Assembly: GCA_977862235.1 (NCBI GenBank)
Contig: OZ374565.1
Location: 806,001 to 870,000, forward strand
DNA from: Dudresnaya verticillata
Lineage: Eukaryota
Direction: 5' to 3'
DNA: 64,000 bases
Below are positions 33,100 to 46,948 of this stretch, one piece after another (the stretch's first letter is position 1; each line of letters begins with the position of its first letter). The notes beneath the pieces were generated by a model that searched no databases, was not told where the DNA came from, and saw nothing but the letters and a program-made list of their open reading frames with translations. The translations under genes and the position numbers were made by a program.

Positions 33100-35049
33100 T
33101 GAGCAGAATAATGAGGACCTTAATGAACTGTAAAAGCACTAGTATATTACAAGAATGGTTCAATTAGTTTTCTAGGGCAAAACATTTAGCCACTTAGCAG
33201 CATCCTATTCGCGTTATCTCCAATAACCCAGCTCATCTCCATCAGTCCAAGATATGATACATCAATGTAATCTTAATCGAAAGCTGCAAAAGGTCGGTTC
33301 CGTGACTACTTTCAAGACCCCCTGCTAAAGGTCTATTTTCTCTTCATATTGACCTATTCCCAGACACTGCACGTCCTTCCGAAAATTGTCAACTCGCTTA
33401 CGTTTCAGGTCTACTTTTCATTGATCTCAAGAAAGGCATCTGTACATCATATCCTAAGGTGTCAATCTAACTTGTCCAGAAGACCAGCAAACCTAGTTCA
33501 TCTGCAGAAATACTGGCTGCTAGCGATGCAGTCGATAATGGACGAATTATCAATTCGACATATTCAATTTTACTCTGCGGATCAGTAGCAATTTCTGTAG
33601 TAATTGACTCCAAGGAAGTTTTGTCATCTCTATCAACATGTCATGTTCTAAATGACAAGTCATTATTTGCGGATGTCCAACATATTCGGTACTACTATGA
33701 GACGAAGTAAGTCCTCGTCACTATAAAGCCTCTTTTGGATTCCTGGAACAAGAAATGTTCCCGATGCCTTAACCAAATTCGGAAGTTCAGTGGTGTGGTG
33801 CAACGCCAAGGGGCCTCGGAAACGGGCGCAACCGGCCGGGCCAAGTGGGACAGTCAGCCCAATCAGAAAGACACGTTTGGCCAAGCGACGACAGTGCGGC
33901 CGAGCGGACGCCGGTGAACATGCGGAAGAGGCACACGTGTCCAACAAGTGTACACGTGTGTCACACGTGGCCACCTACGACACCCAAGCGCACCACATGG
34001 CTCGCTGTACACGTATGATCGGTGTGATCGGATCTGGAAGCAAGTGCGAAAAGGAAATTGGATCTGGCCGCAGATGAAATCAAACAGAAGACAGCGGAAA
34101 AATCAAGGGAAAATCTAACTCATTTGGCCAACCACTAACGGACAAGTATTTGGTTTAGTCTGGTAAGGGTACAACATTGGCCCGACGCTGGAACACAAGT
34201 AGATGTTATGGCCGACGGGGAGTAACCTCGGCCACTAACTGTAGAATAGCTCTAGATTAGCTCCAGGGGCCGATCTTGGGTCTACTTAGACGGCCACAAA
34301 CCACGGCTCGGCCAGAATAGGTACGAAGCCGTCCCGCCAGAGGTTGGGAGTAAAGGTTTGCAACCTTTTCCCAACTCGGCCATTTTCCACTGCTCATCCA
34401 GGTTTTTGGCCGCGACTTCGTCTGCGCGCTCCCGCTCTACCACGCTTGCTACCGGTGCGCAGGTCCGTTCTACGTTCGGCCGTTTGCTACGAAATCCGAC
34501 CGATCTTCCTGGTCCTTTGGGGTCTCATTCTGGCGCCGCATTCCGTGGTGCTTTTCGAGATACTACAAGTGGTTGATGTGTCACAATTGCTAATGTTCGA
34601 CGGCGAGATTTGTCGCGATTTTACAAAAGCAGTACACACTAACTCTTCCAAATCACTTGGTTGACTTCAAGAAGGGAAGCAACAGATAACCTATATCCTT
34701 GATAGAAACATCTTTAGAACTATTGCATTGCATCCATGCCATATCAGATAATTACAGTATTACTAATATTTCAGACCACCACTAATACTGTGATAACTTC
34801 TATAGTCTTCTAGACTTTCTGAAATACTATACTATTATCTCAATCTGAGAAGTGTCGAGACCTTGAAAAGCCTCAATAATTCATTTCCTCTTAGTCAGAT
34901 ACAACTACCTCTTAGTCAGATACAACTGCCTCTTAGTCCGATACAAGACAACTCGAACTACATAAACAAATCTTTATCATTTAATCTACTTTTCAGTCTT
35001 ATGCCTTCATATTGTCCTTCCTCTTACTCTGTTTCCCTCCTCTTTATCA
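33100..35049 (+). mobile_element. Copia 3' remnant (RNase H, PPT, AT-rich 3' LTR)
   Basis: SSAEILAA, IDSK, DVQHIRYYYE, WIPGTRNVPDALTK by hand translation; AAGAAGGGAAG at ~34669; 21-bp tandem repeat x3 at ~34886-34946. Confidence 0.75.
33794..34567 (+). mobile_element. Solo LTR, family D
   Basis: TGTGGT...ACTACA termini; perfect TSD AGTGG; colinear with 56267-57047. Confidence 0.9.
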
Positions 35050-38000
35050 AAACCAGCTTCTCGGATGCCGCTACGCAGTCACCCCCCACGGCCCAGCTTA
35101 CAACCGCTACGGGCCATCTCTGTACCGTTACGAACAAGGAAAACAGCATCCTGGGCACGCTGGACACTCCCACAGCAAAGTCGCACACGACGATGGAAAC
35201 ATGCCCGCTTGTCAAGGGCAACACCGTTTTGGAATTCAATCACCTGCCGCCGTGCCACTTATGATACCTCCCCGGATACATGACCCCTGTATGGGAGCGG
35301 GTACTGCCGCCAGTGTCTCCCACCCGACTATATTATGTGCCGCTATTTGGGAGACAACGAACGGAGCCGCCTGATGGAAGATTGAGAACGCAACTATCTG
35401 GCGATCGTTCGCAAACGGTAAGCTTTTGCAACCCCCAATATGAGAATCAGCCACCCGTGGCATATCCGCAATGCCCGTCGTGCGTGCTTACGTTTGATGG
35501 TGACGAAGAAGGCGGGCAATAGCCGAGATGTTGGAGGATAGCCTCATGGTGCGCACCGCGTCGGAAAGCACTGCAGGAGACGCATAAGGGCGTCCCTGTC
35601 TCATGAGCGCGACATGATACGCCCGCCGACATGGGCCTTGCACAGCAGTCAATACGCCACCATTACTGAGTGCCACCCAGCGCTTCTTCCGTAAATCCCG
35701 CTTGAATTTCGACCACCCGGTGATTCTGTCTCCGTTCTACAGCGTCAGGATTATACTATCCAGATTACCGTGGGACGGAGTAATGACCTCATGTTACCTC
35801 TTATCACCGTATTGGATTCAGGTGCTGGGCGAAATCTGATCAGCGCCAAAACCCTCCCACGCCAATGGTTTCCCTCTATTCGCCGAGCTGCCGGCCCAAC
35901 ATTCCGAATGCATCCAATAGGTGAATGCGTCCGCTTGGTATAATACAATCTTTTGTCCTATCGTAGAATTGAGCGCGCGCGTCCCCTTCCTCGTGGTAGC
36001 GAACCTCGTTGATCCGTGTATCCTAGGGAAGGAGCTTCATTGATCATGACGTCGTGGCAATATCCCCATCGGTACGAACAGTCGTCCTTCATCACCGCCC
36101 TCCGGTATTGGTGGAGAGACAAACTCTAACCTTCAAGACGGTGTCATGTTCCACCCTTCAGGGTCCTCCTTTTCATCCGCTACGGTGTCACAAATTATTC
36201 GTATATAAAAGTCCCTCTTCATTCGCCCTATGAACAAATCCCTTGTATTATTGAACAATCCACCAGGTGTTTCTTGCTTACTTCAAAACCATCCTAGACG
36301 CATCCATAAGCACCTCATCCTTATGGATAATGGAGATATGGGTGTTATACCTAACAGACTATTCACGGTGTGGGTGACAGATTTCTCAATTAAACCGTTA
36401 GGTCGTCTAAGTATAAATCCAATGTCGTGGGCCAGGTTTCTGCTACTCCCAGTGGCATACTCACTGCCAACGGTGTGCTTCCTTCAAAGGATAGGAGGAA
36501 ATATTAATTCCTTTCTTAATCCTCCTAGCGAAATCAGCATCTCCATACCCCAGAATGGATGCAATGGAAGCGCCGAACCGGAATAAACTCAAACTACTGG
36601 CACTGACCGGAACTACAGCGTCCATGTTCATGTCGAAGATGGTAAACTGCAGTCGACGGTGTTTGATTTCCTTGAGGAGTTCAAAACCATGTGGAACGGC
36701 GAGTTAGGTAATACAACCACCACGAAAACCCGTTTAAATTAACGCGTGGTACCAATCCGGTTATCACGAACCATATCGGGCAGGAAATAAGCAGAGCGAG
36801 CTGGAGAAGGCGCAAATTGACCGCATGATATCCGCTAAGGTGATAGAGCCATCCGCTTCGGAGTGGGTCAACTCTGTGGCATTGATACATAAAAGAGGGC
36901 TTCATACGGTTTTGCGTAGACTACGAGCATCTTAACGATTTCACAATTCGGGATCCTACCCTTTACCCGGAGGGATAAATTCATAGAATCCCTTTGGGAG
37001 GCTAGAGTATTCATCACTCTGAATTGTAAAAGCAGTTAATGGCTGGTCGAGATCCCTGAGGAGGATCGTGACAAGACCACATTCACAATTTATTACGGGT
37101 TATTAATATTCAGGAGAATGCCTGTTGGGCTGAAGAACAAACCGGCTACTTTACAATGCGCGGTGGACATGATCCACTCTAAGATGACATGGAAAGTTGC
37201 CTTAGTCTACCTGGATGATATGCTCGTCTACGCAAACACCTTTATAGAGCACTTCGAACATCCCAAAGAGGTCCTCACGCTACTTCGTGCAGTGAGGGTA
37301 ACTCTAAAACTGCCGAAGTGCGCATTCTTTGACACCTCATACCTGTACAGTATCGGGGTCACATTGTACGCCCGGGTCAATTGGAGGTGGAGCGTAAGAA
37401 TATTATCTCCTTTAAGGAGGTTAAGCCGCCTATGAACCAAGCGGATTTGCGTTCCATATTGGGATTGTAGAACTTCTACCGACGTTTTATTCCTTGCTTC
37501 GCACGCATTGCAGCGCTACTCAACAAGAAAATCCGCAAGGGTCAGGCGTTCATATTCGAAACCTTCAACAATACATATTTTAATGCCGTTGAGCAGTTAG
37601 AAGACACTTAATCTTCCCTTCTATGTTGGCTTTACCCCGTTACGGTTTCAACTATACACTTGATACCGACGCCTACGGTTACCAAGTTGGGTTTGTAATG
37701 TGAATTTATAGTGCGTTTATCGTGTACATGTCTGCGCGGGCAACTATGGGTTTGTGCTCGTACAGGAGCAACATAGTGGTGATAATGTAGCAGTAGGTTT
37801 CTGGAGCCGAACTCTAACCAATACGGAGAATAACTAAATAAAAAGATTGTCTTGCGGTCTTCTGGAATTTCTGGCGCTTCTACCCTACATTTAGGGTGAA
37901 ACGATTACACTCCGTATGGATCACTATGCATTGTGCTGGATACTGAGGCTAGCAAGCGTGTCTGGTCACCTAGAAAATAAACAGCTACGCCTTTTAGGGT

Positions 38001-40860
38001 TTGCGTTTGAACTGTAATACCGCCCTGGTGTAAACCACCAACTCGCTGCAGGCATTTCGCGACTCCAAACAGGCGGTGTTGATAAGGCTGAGAGGGACCA
38101 AGAAGTACCCTGCTTTGTCGTCAAGTCGATGCCTGATGGTGTAATGCGATACGTTATGCGCTTACCCACTTTAGAGCTGCCGCAACAACCAGATGCAGCC
38201 AGAACCCTAGCCCTGGGCGTAGGAACTAGAAGACCGCATCGGAAACCACGCCCGAGAAGTATATCGTACCGTCGCCTCCACTCCGGCAGACTGTCATCCA
38301 ACAGGAAGACGTGTGCAATGAGACCATCGCCCTTGCTTTGCTCATAGCCGCTCCCAAGCAACGGACACCTTCTGCGAGTTAAAATCCGACACGGTGGGAT
38401 CCCCTGCATCACAGTTCGGCTACGGCAGACAGGGTTTTCTTGTAAAAAGTCGGTCCTAGATCGCGCACTCCGAAAGGGGTACCTCAACGGATGCGTGGCA
38501 GAATCCTTTACCTTGCACACTGCATCCTCATGTCGGGACATCCAGGAGTTTACCGTAGTTTACGGAGGGAGTAATATTGGCGACATACGGTTAATGATGT
38601 AATTGAAACCGTTCAGAGTTGCCGCTCATGTGTTAATACCAAGGCTACGCGGTTTAAGCATCAGAAGTTAATGACGATCCTTCCCGCGAACGGTCCACTG
38701 GTGTTCGTCGCGTCTAACATCCCAGAGCCGCTGCTTAAAAACGAGGTTATGTCTTCGTGTTTTATCACCGATAGGTTTCCTAAACTAACACGGTCATCCT
38801 GTCACAGGCGATTACAGCCCTCTTGGTTGCAAATATGCGTTTATACCATGAACACCAATGTTGAAAAAACTACAATTGTTTTACTTCATGTTGAAAATCT
38901 TAGACAGTCGTATCGCTATGTGAGTGCCTAAGTAGGCAACTACTGAGGAAACCTTAGCAAAGGTCGGAGGAATCCGGAGAGAGAAGTCATTCCACAGCTT
39001 CTTGACATCGTTTCCTTTGACGCAGCCATATTGTTTGCGTTCACGTCGCGGATGTGTGTTTGTCACGGAGTGACCATCTGAAAACAAAATATTTGACTTG
39101 AAACCTGAGGAAAACCTATTCTGTGTGTAACGGGAGAAAAGATTAGAAAAAGAGAAAGAGAGAAACAATGATGAATTGTTGTTCGCGACTTGAATGAAAC
39201 CTGTTGGTGAGCGCAGGTCCCATCCCATCTTGTGTTACGGTCATCCTGGTGACGGTTGGAATTGTCTCTGTTGTAGCCGTTCTCGGAGACCGTTTCAACT
39301 TACGGTATATCGGTCGTACTCTATACTGTCGATATAGTCTCTCGTTTCATGAAGAGGTTTCCGTTGCGCGAAGCTCCTTATTCCAATTCATGTATCATTA
39401 TGAATTATCTGGGATCAAACTGACATGGGCATCCCGTTACAGGCGATGGCAGCCGTCGCGGTTGCAAACGCATTTTCATACCATTGGATGTAAGCATATG
39501 GCGAGCCTCAATTTATACTCACCGACAACGGAAGACAGTTCAAAACGAAGTTCTTCCACGCTGTATGTGTCTTACTTGGAGTGTGGCAATGCTTACCGCT
39601 GCCTATCACTCGCAAACCAACGGGCAGTCCGAGCGATTTAACAAGATCATTGCATAGCACCTTCGACACTGCGTCGAGGATCATCACATCGATGTGGATT
39701 ATTGTGTACAGCCACTTACCTACACCTACAATATACAGGAACGAAGGATCACGGATACTACTTCCTTTGACTTGGGGTTGACTCAGCACCCATCGGATAT
39801 CATCATCCGAGGCATCCCTGCGGAATTGGAATAAACCGTTACAGAGGGGCGTATGGCGTCCGTGCTCCAAAAGGGGGAACTATGCGGCTTTAGCGTTGTC
39901 CCTTACAGCAGGCGCAGACAAAACAGACTGCATCCCAGCTAAATTCACGGGCACTCTTGTACCACAAGGAGCGTGTCCGACCGGTGGTTCGCAGTGTCGA
40001 CGAATTCTATGAACACCGTCCGCCACGCAACTTGAGACCCACGGAATGGAAAAGAGTGCGGCCTAGTGGGGCAAGACCCGGACCATATCGATTATTCCGC
40101 GGAGCAGATAAATAAGCCATTCCCTAGATTCATGGGCCGTTATGAGTTGCACACCGCAACGGAGTCAGTCTTTACCATCAAGAAAGACGGCGTGTTGATT
40201 CAAATAAGCATCAACCGCATCACAAAGGTTCCGATAAGTGCTCCGTTGCGCCCAGAACGACTAACAACGCCGCCAGTAACGTACTACACCCATGTCGGAG
40301 ATAAAATGCGACACACTTCAGGGGATACTATTTTAATCCTTAAACATCAGGTGGTAATACTATACCCGAACGGGGGCCAGTTGACGCCGAAACGGAATAC
40401 TAAGGGCCTGTCGGAACAACACAAGATTTCACCGTAACACCCCTCCTTTTATTGAGTTCTTCAAGAAACTGACTCAAGCCACGGCGCCGCTCTACTGTAA
40501 TGGAGCTGGTCTCGAAAAGCCTCCCATAATGCTGATCCAGATTGGGTTTTCTTCCAGATTGGATTTTCTTCATGCAGTTTTCCCCACCTCCCCCCGCCGC
40601 CGGTCCGGAACAAAACCGGAGATCGATTCCTCTGCCGCATAGCGTCCCCCTTCCCGCGTATCTCCAGCCGGAATCCTCCCGGCCCCTCGGATCTCTACAG
40701 GATCCACCACACCCCACACTCTGCATACCACACACGATGCGCAGCTACAGGAAGCGACGGCGACGGCGACTGCGTCCCTGCCGCATCCATCCCAACCGGC
40801 GAGTACCACCAACGTTTTCAGCGACCTTCACTAACTTTACATCTTTACTGCTCTGCTTCG

Positions 40861-42182
40861 ATGACAACTTTGGATCAGCTGAAGCTCTACTCGCGGGCAC
40901 GCCGCAAACGGTGGCAAAGAACGTTCGTCGCTCTCAGCGTGCTGACCATTTGTGTCAAAGTCATCAAACGTTTGGAGGAAACACGATCATTCAGAGCAAA
41001 CAGGCGCCGCGTTACCATTCCTCATGCTTTGCGTTCCAACGTCACCTTCGAATCTATCTCTTCCTTCTACAATGATGACATGTTTCGAAGCGCCTACCGC
41101 ATGTCGAGAAAATGTTTCTACAAGCTACTCTCTCTTGTGCAACAAGATCTGCAACGAAGAGTCAAAATGGAAAGGAGGTCTCGAAGGACTACTATTAGCC
41201 CTGCAATGCGGCTAGGGATCACTCTGCGCATGCTAGCAGGTTCAAGCTACTTGGATTTGGTGCCCCTTTTCCAGGTGCACAAAGCAACGGTCTATGATGT
41301 CTTTCACGCGACATGCATTAGTTTATACAAGCGTTTACGCTTGCCGGGGATTCCATCTAGCTATGAGGATCTGTGTGAGGCTTCGGAAGCATTTACGATG
41401 TCGCGAAAGCCTTCAAGTCCGTTCACAGGATGTTTTGGTGCCCTGGACGGGATAGCTGTGAACATTAGGAAGCCGGAGAAAGATTTGGGTCCTGGGGCGT
41501 ACTGGTGCAGAAAGACGTACTATTCAATACCGGTACAGGCTGCTGTGGATGCTAACTATCGTTATATTTATTTTCCGAGACTTGCGTTGGGAGCACACAC
41601 GACTCTTTAGCGCACGCTGTTTCGCAACTTGGCCAGTTTTTGTTGTCTGGACTTCTACAACTTGGATTTTGGATAGCAGGGGATAAGGCTTACATTTGCA
41701 CAGAATGGCTCGTAACTCCGTTTTCCTCTGCCGTGGCTTCTTTTTGGCAAGATGCATTTAACTTCTGGCACTCATCGTTACGAATGCATGTTGAACAGGC
41801 GTTTGGTATGCTCATGGCAAAGTGAAGGCTCTTGCAACATTCGGAGTTTACCGTTGACGTGGACTGCAGAGTGATCTCTCTCGCTATGAAGTTGCATAAC
41901 TTTGTTATTGACGAAGAAAAGGCCGAGCACAGTTCGAACCGCCGATCTACTAACGACAGTGAAATTGTGCGTGTTATTTCTCAATCGGAGGACTGGTACG
42001 TTAAAACGAAGGAGGACATTCAGGAGTTACGCGAAATTGTTGCAACTTCGCAGGCGCAAGGCTCGCTCGCCAGTGGGAGACGGGTGAGGACAAGAAGCAC
42101 GACGCTTTCGAAAATGCGGGATCGAATGGTGGAGATCGTGAAGGATATAGGCCTGGAGCGACCTGATGTGGTAGCGACTTAG
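40861..42182 (+). pseudogene. Harbinger (DDE_Tnp_4 / HARBI1-like) transposase
   Basis: FRSAYRMSRKCF, GALDG, QAAVD, IAGDKAY, RMHVEQAFG, KLHNF; frameshift near 41570-41640 and a stop at ~41823. Confidence 0.92.
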
Positions 42183-44187
42183 GCAATTCGGGGATTGTAC
42201 TTTTCCCTGCTCGGAATGTATGAATCGAAGCGCTTCTAACCTCTACAGCTGCGTACTGATGAATGTTGGTAAGTTGGCGATTGTTCTCAGCTATAGAAAC
42301 TAACTCTTTATTACGTATCTCACTGTTCTATTCTTGCGTCCGCTATCGCTAATCGAAAATGCTGCGGTACCTATACTGTAGATAGGTACCGGGTGGAGGT
42401 GGGACAGCATTTATTCAGTAAACGTTTAATTGTCCTCAAGGTCGCCACGGAACGCGTCAAAGCCCAGCACTTGATGGTAGCTGCATGCATCTGCAACACA
42501 AGGAATGTACGGGGTGCCGACACCACGCGTGCCGTGTTCACGATGCTTGTGGCTACAATGCTAGCTTCCTCATCGACCCTGCAGACCGGCGCGGGGCCGA
42601 CGCATGACAAGCAGGCTCTTTGAGAGCTCAGAGAGCTGGTACTGGTGCTGTGGTTCGCCGGAATTTCCACACAAGCCAACTCGACGATGTGCAGCGTTTT
42701 GAGGCGGGACGGAATGCTGACGCGTGGCGGCGGTTTCGCGAGGAGCAGAACGCGTTGGTGTTATGGCGGGGAGGAGGAGGGCGGTAACGATGACGGATGT
42801 GAGGGTGGTTTGGCGGATCGGGGAGCGCTCGAGGACGTGGTGGAAGATTTTGAAACCGCCGTCGCTATACTGGAAGCGATTTGCGGGAGTGTGCGTGGCG
42901 CCGCGGCGCCGCGCGCGGCGTATGCCAGCAACGTTGTTGACGAATTCGCTTAAGCGAACCGGGACTGTCTAACACGCATGCGCAGCTGTAGCTGCGCAAA
43001 GGAGGCGCGCCAGGCATTGAGCTGAGTTGGGATCAGGTGGCGGCAGACGGAGGTTTCACCTCACTGGCCTAGGCCCACGCCGCAGGTTGTGGAGGCGTGC
43101 GCGCACGAGAAGGTGGGCATGAGCAGGCGCGAGTTGATGTGGTCCGTTTCGGGGTGGGCGGTCGAGGGGTAGGTGTACAGGAAGGCAGAAACGGGATGGC
43201 AGTGGCTTGCGTGGTGTATATTGTTGCCGGGAAGGAGCGCGAGGGTAGCGTGGGGAGAGGGAGGGGCGTAGCTAGGCGGTTCGCAGGTGCGTGAGGAGAG
43301 GGGCGAACTGGGAGTGCGGGCGCGGTGGTGGCGGTGATAGGGCTTTTGAGGAGAGCTGCAGCAGCAGCACTGTGCAGGCGGGAGCTCCCTCACTAGTGCA
43401 GCGGGGTGGCATTGTGCAGGCGGGGTGGCATTGTGCAGGCGGGAGTGCGGCGAGGAGGGAAGCTGCTCTGGGCGAGCGGGGGGCGGGTGTGGGATTGCTG
43501 AATGCCGCGTTTTCTTGCGGTGTAAACTTGAAAGTGCAGATCGCCGCCTTTTATTCAAGCAGCTCATCGCGAGAAGCTGCTCTCGCAACAAACGCGCCCC
43601 ACCCCGTCGACGGGTACTATCGTACCCAAACTATAGTATGTATAGATACTAGCTCCACCTCAGACCTCCGCAATGCCCCACTGCCGCCCCGCGGCGCGGC
43701 CGCGCCCGACTTCAACCCACACCACAAACGAGCTCTCACACCCCCCGCCCGCCCGCGCCCGCTGCCGTTGCATCTCGACCCCTCTCTAAAGCCATGCGCT
43801 TTCGTAGCAACCACCTCGGTGGTGACGAGTCCCCGTCGCTACAATCCCTCTCTGCAACCATGGCGGTGGCGCTACCCAAATGCGGCTATAGACCGGTCTG
43901 TATCTGCAGATATGCATGCATGTGGGCCCATGCCATGCCATGCCAGCATGGAACTGTTTAATTCAGATGTAACATTTTACTAAAATTTATGCAAGAACTG
44001 TACAGGCACAGAAAGCCGGCCGGCTTTATCATTGATCTTCTAGAAATCCGCTAAGTCCAGGGCGATGCCCGGGCTTCAAAAGCCAGCAACCCTGCAGACA
44101 GCATTCCTGTTTGTGGCAACTCTGTTGATCCTTTTTGAGCAACGCCAATATCAACCGGGGGTTGCCGCGGGTAGAGGGACCCCCGTC

Positions 44188-44912
44188 ATGGACGTAAAAG
44201 ACGGAGCTGCTAGATTTGTTTTTCAAGGCGAAAGGAGGAATAAGCGCCCGTCTCGATTTGCTGATGCCCCGGGAAATCGGCCGGTGCCAGCAGGCGCGCT
44301 GCACGAAGCGTGGTCTGCGCTCAATCAACAGGCTCGAAGGCCAGCGAGGTCTCGCCGTTCCCGCTTCGCTGATGCACCGCGCGCGGGCAAAAGCCGAAGT
44401 CCGAGGCGGCGATAGATATCGCATCAGGCGCAGCAGGTTTTTCATCTGTAGTACTTAAAGTTGACAAGCCGTCTCTTAAGAACGAAGAGATTGAATCGCG
44501 ATTCCGCGCTTCCGCAGAAACAGGAGAGATCTTCGCTGTTGGGACGCGGGAGCAGAAGCACGAGGACGTTCTAATGGAAGGCAAGGGGTCTACCGTGCAG
44601 GAGCCAGTGATAGAAGATGTGGAGACCTTTGTTGACGCTGTAGAATCTCTTTGGCACTATTCAGATGGTTGGTAAGCTCCACCCTGGGCCCCTGCATACA
44701 TTTGAAAGCGATTAGCGCGGCAGCGCCGAAAGTTTCGCGACCTGCGAATGCTTCCCTCGGACGCAGAGTTCGGCTGTGAGCAATTTAAGTGCGATTTGTG
44801 CAACGTCGCATGCACAGGCCCCGAGCCATGGAGCAAACATCTCACATCCCGCATGCACGGCATCAAGTCGCGCCAAGAGAACATAATGAAATCGCAAAAA
44901 GAGATTCCTTGA
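44188..44912 (+). pseudogene. Cargo gene with Arg-rich N-terminus and C-terminal matrin/JAZ-type C2H2 zinc finger
   Basis: 44784-44912 translates FKCDLCNVACTGPEPWSKHLTSRMHGIKSRQENIMKSQKEIP*. The upstream frame is broken by stops and a frameshift; SRFADAP occurs twice. Confidence 0.7.
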
Positions 44913-45304
44913 TGATAGGTCAGTAGTAGTGAGAGAAACGCACCAAGCGAGATACTAGTTGCGCAACTCGCGGCGCCGCTGGCGAGCTTGGTCATTGTGA
45001 TGACAACGAACCTTTTTTCATACGTAAAAGTGCTTTCAATTACGACCCCCCGCAGTAAAGAGCAACTTGAATTCCCACTGTGCTATGTCTCTAGAGTTTG
45101 AGATACATGTAGCTGCAACTGCAGTTGAATACATCGCGACGAACGGACTTCGTAAAGTTTTGCAAGCTCACGCCACATTGGCGTAAGCTAATCCCACCAC
45201 CACCCGGCGTCGACCGTGCCACAACACAGCGACGCCGCACACAACCTGGCAAACGAAAATAGAGAAGTAGAAAGAAAACTAGAATGCAAGTAGTCAGTGT
45301 AGTG

Positions 45305-46948
45305 TCACGGCTGTTGCAACAGCGCATGCGCCGGTGCACCAACCGGGACATCTCCAGTAGTCACATTTGAGCGTTGGATGTACTTTCGAAGTACGCGCTG
45401 GTAGCGATCGTCTGCAAGCGCCACGAGTTGATTCTGCAGCGTGTATGGCGGCTTCCCCCTCATCTTTTCGAGCCTTTCCTCAGCTTTCACCAACATGTCG
45501 AGAAGCTTCTCTAGATCCTCCTCCTCTTGGATATCGGATGAAATACCTGATACGCGCATGCTCATTGCGTCGTTGTTTGCCATTTCCTTCACTGCGCTTG
45601 CCACATTTTTCATTTCCCCGCGCAAATCGCCAACAGAAGGCACACCATCCCGTGACTTGCTTCACCGCCTATGCCTATCCTCACTGTTTGCTCTGATTTC
45701 TACGCCTTCCTCATAGCCCACGCTCGGAGCCATAATCTTGGAGGAGCTCTGGAGAAACGCCCCGTCTTCATTCACAGTGCCCAAGCGCGCTACAATAAAA
45801 ACAATCCACGCTCTTTTCGACATCATAGTGAACCTTTTCCCACTCTTCTCTCTCCCTAGAAAGTTTGGGAATGTTGCAGGGTCGTTGTTACCGGAAACCG
45901 CACATCTTTCCTTGAACACAGTAAATTTAGAACGAGCTTGCTGAAAGCAGGACTTGAGCGTCCCAGCGCTGCGACTTACCAGAGGGAGCAGAGATGGATC
46001 CGCCTCGTCTACCGAGCTTGCGAACGATAAACGCGGTCGCAAAGTCTCTTCGTTGAAGCGCCCTGCGATAGTTGCCCAAAAATTGTCCCGCGACACCCCA
46101 GCATCCAGCTGCATCCGATTCAACTCTTGCGAGAGCTGAAACAATGCCCGCCTTGCGACGGTGTCTTCCTTCAGAACGACAATTAGACGCGCAAATTCCG
46201 ATCTAGAAAAGTCAGGAGTCGCTGCATCGCCAGAGATTATGGGCATTTCCTCAGCTTGCCCAGGGCCAGGCTCAGAAGCCTGGTACTCCCGGTCTCCGGA
46301 TGCCGCTGGTTCTCGTACTGACAGCTCTGGGGTAGGAGATGGCTGAAAGGAGCTTTCCTCAGGGTCGCCGCTCTTCTCTAACTCAAATTCAATTGCGGCA
46401 GAAGACGGTGGATCGGCGAGGACGGCATCAAGTTCTATTCACATTGCGATGCGCTCGTGGATGTCCGGGAAGAACTTATTGGCGTTCAAACCAACCAGCA
46501 ACTCGCGATGTAGCTCCTACACCTGTTATTGTACGCACCGATAGAGTCTGAAAACGAGCGTCTTCTTCGCACCGCTAATTTTGCGTTTCCAAACCCTCGC
46601 AATTGACATGAGGTCATTCTTGGTTAGATCAGATAGGCAGTGGTAGGCATGAGATAGGGATGGCTCTCCAAACACTTGTGGACATGCTTCTAAAACGACG
46701 GGACCTTCCGCAATAGGACCATGCTCCTCTGAGAGAGCATCACCTTGGTCCAGAGAATTCTGCTCAACGGAGGGTGCTAGTCCTAGGTCCAGAGAATCTG
46801 CGTTACATCGGACAGCAGGAACGTTGTAGTTAGCTTCATCGTCTTCTCGCGGCCGCTTTCGAGCGAACCGCGGTGATCGCCTTGGCAGGGGCGAAGATTC
46901 GGAGCTGCGAGGTGACGACAAGACTGCTTCGGCGTCTTGAAGCACCAT
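45305..46948 (-). pseudogene. Harbinger accessory ORF2 with a SAP-like motif
   Basis: Fragments 46526..46948, 45662..46246 and 45305..45643; LSDLTKNDLMSIARVWKRKISGAKKTLVFRL fits the SAP pattern; convergent with the transposase inside the TIRs. Confidence 0.7.
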
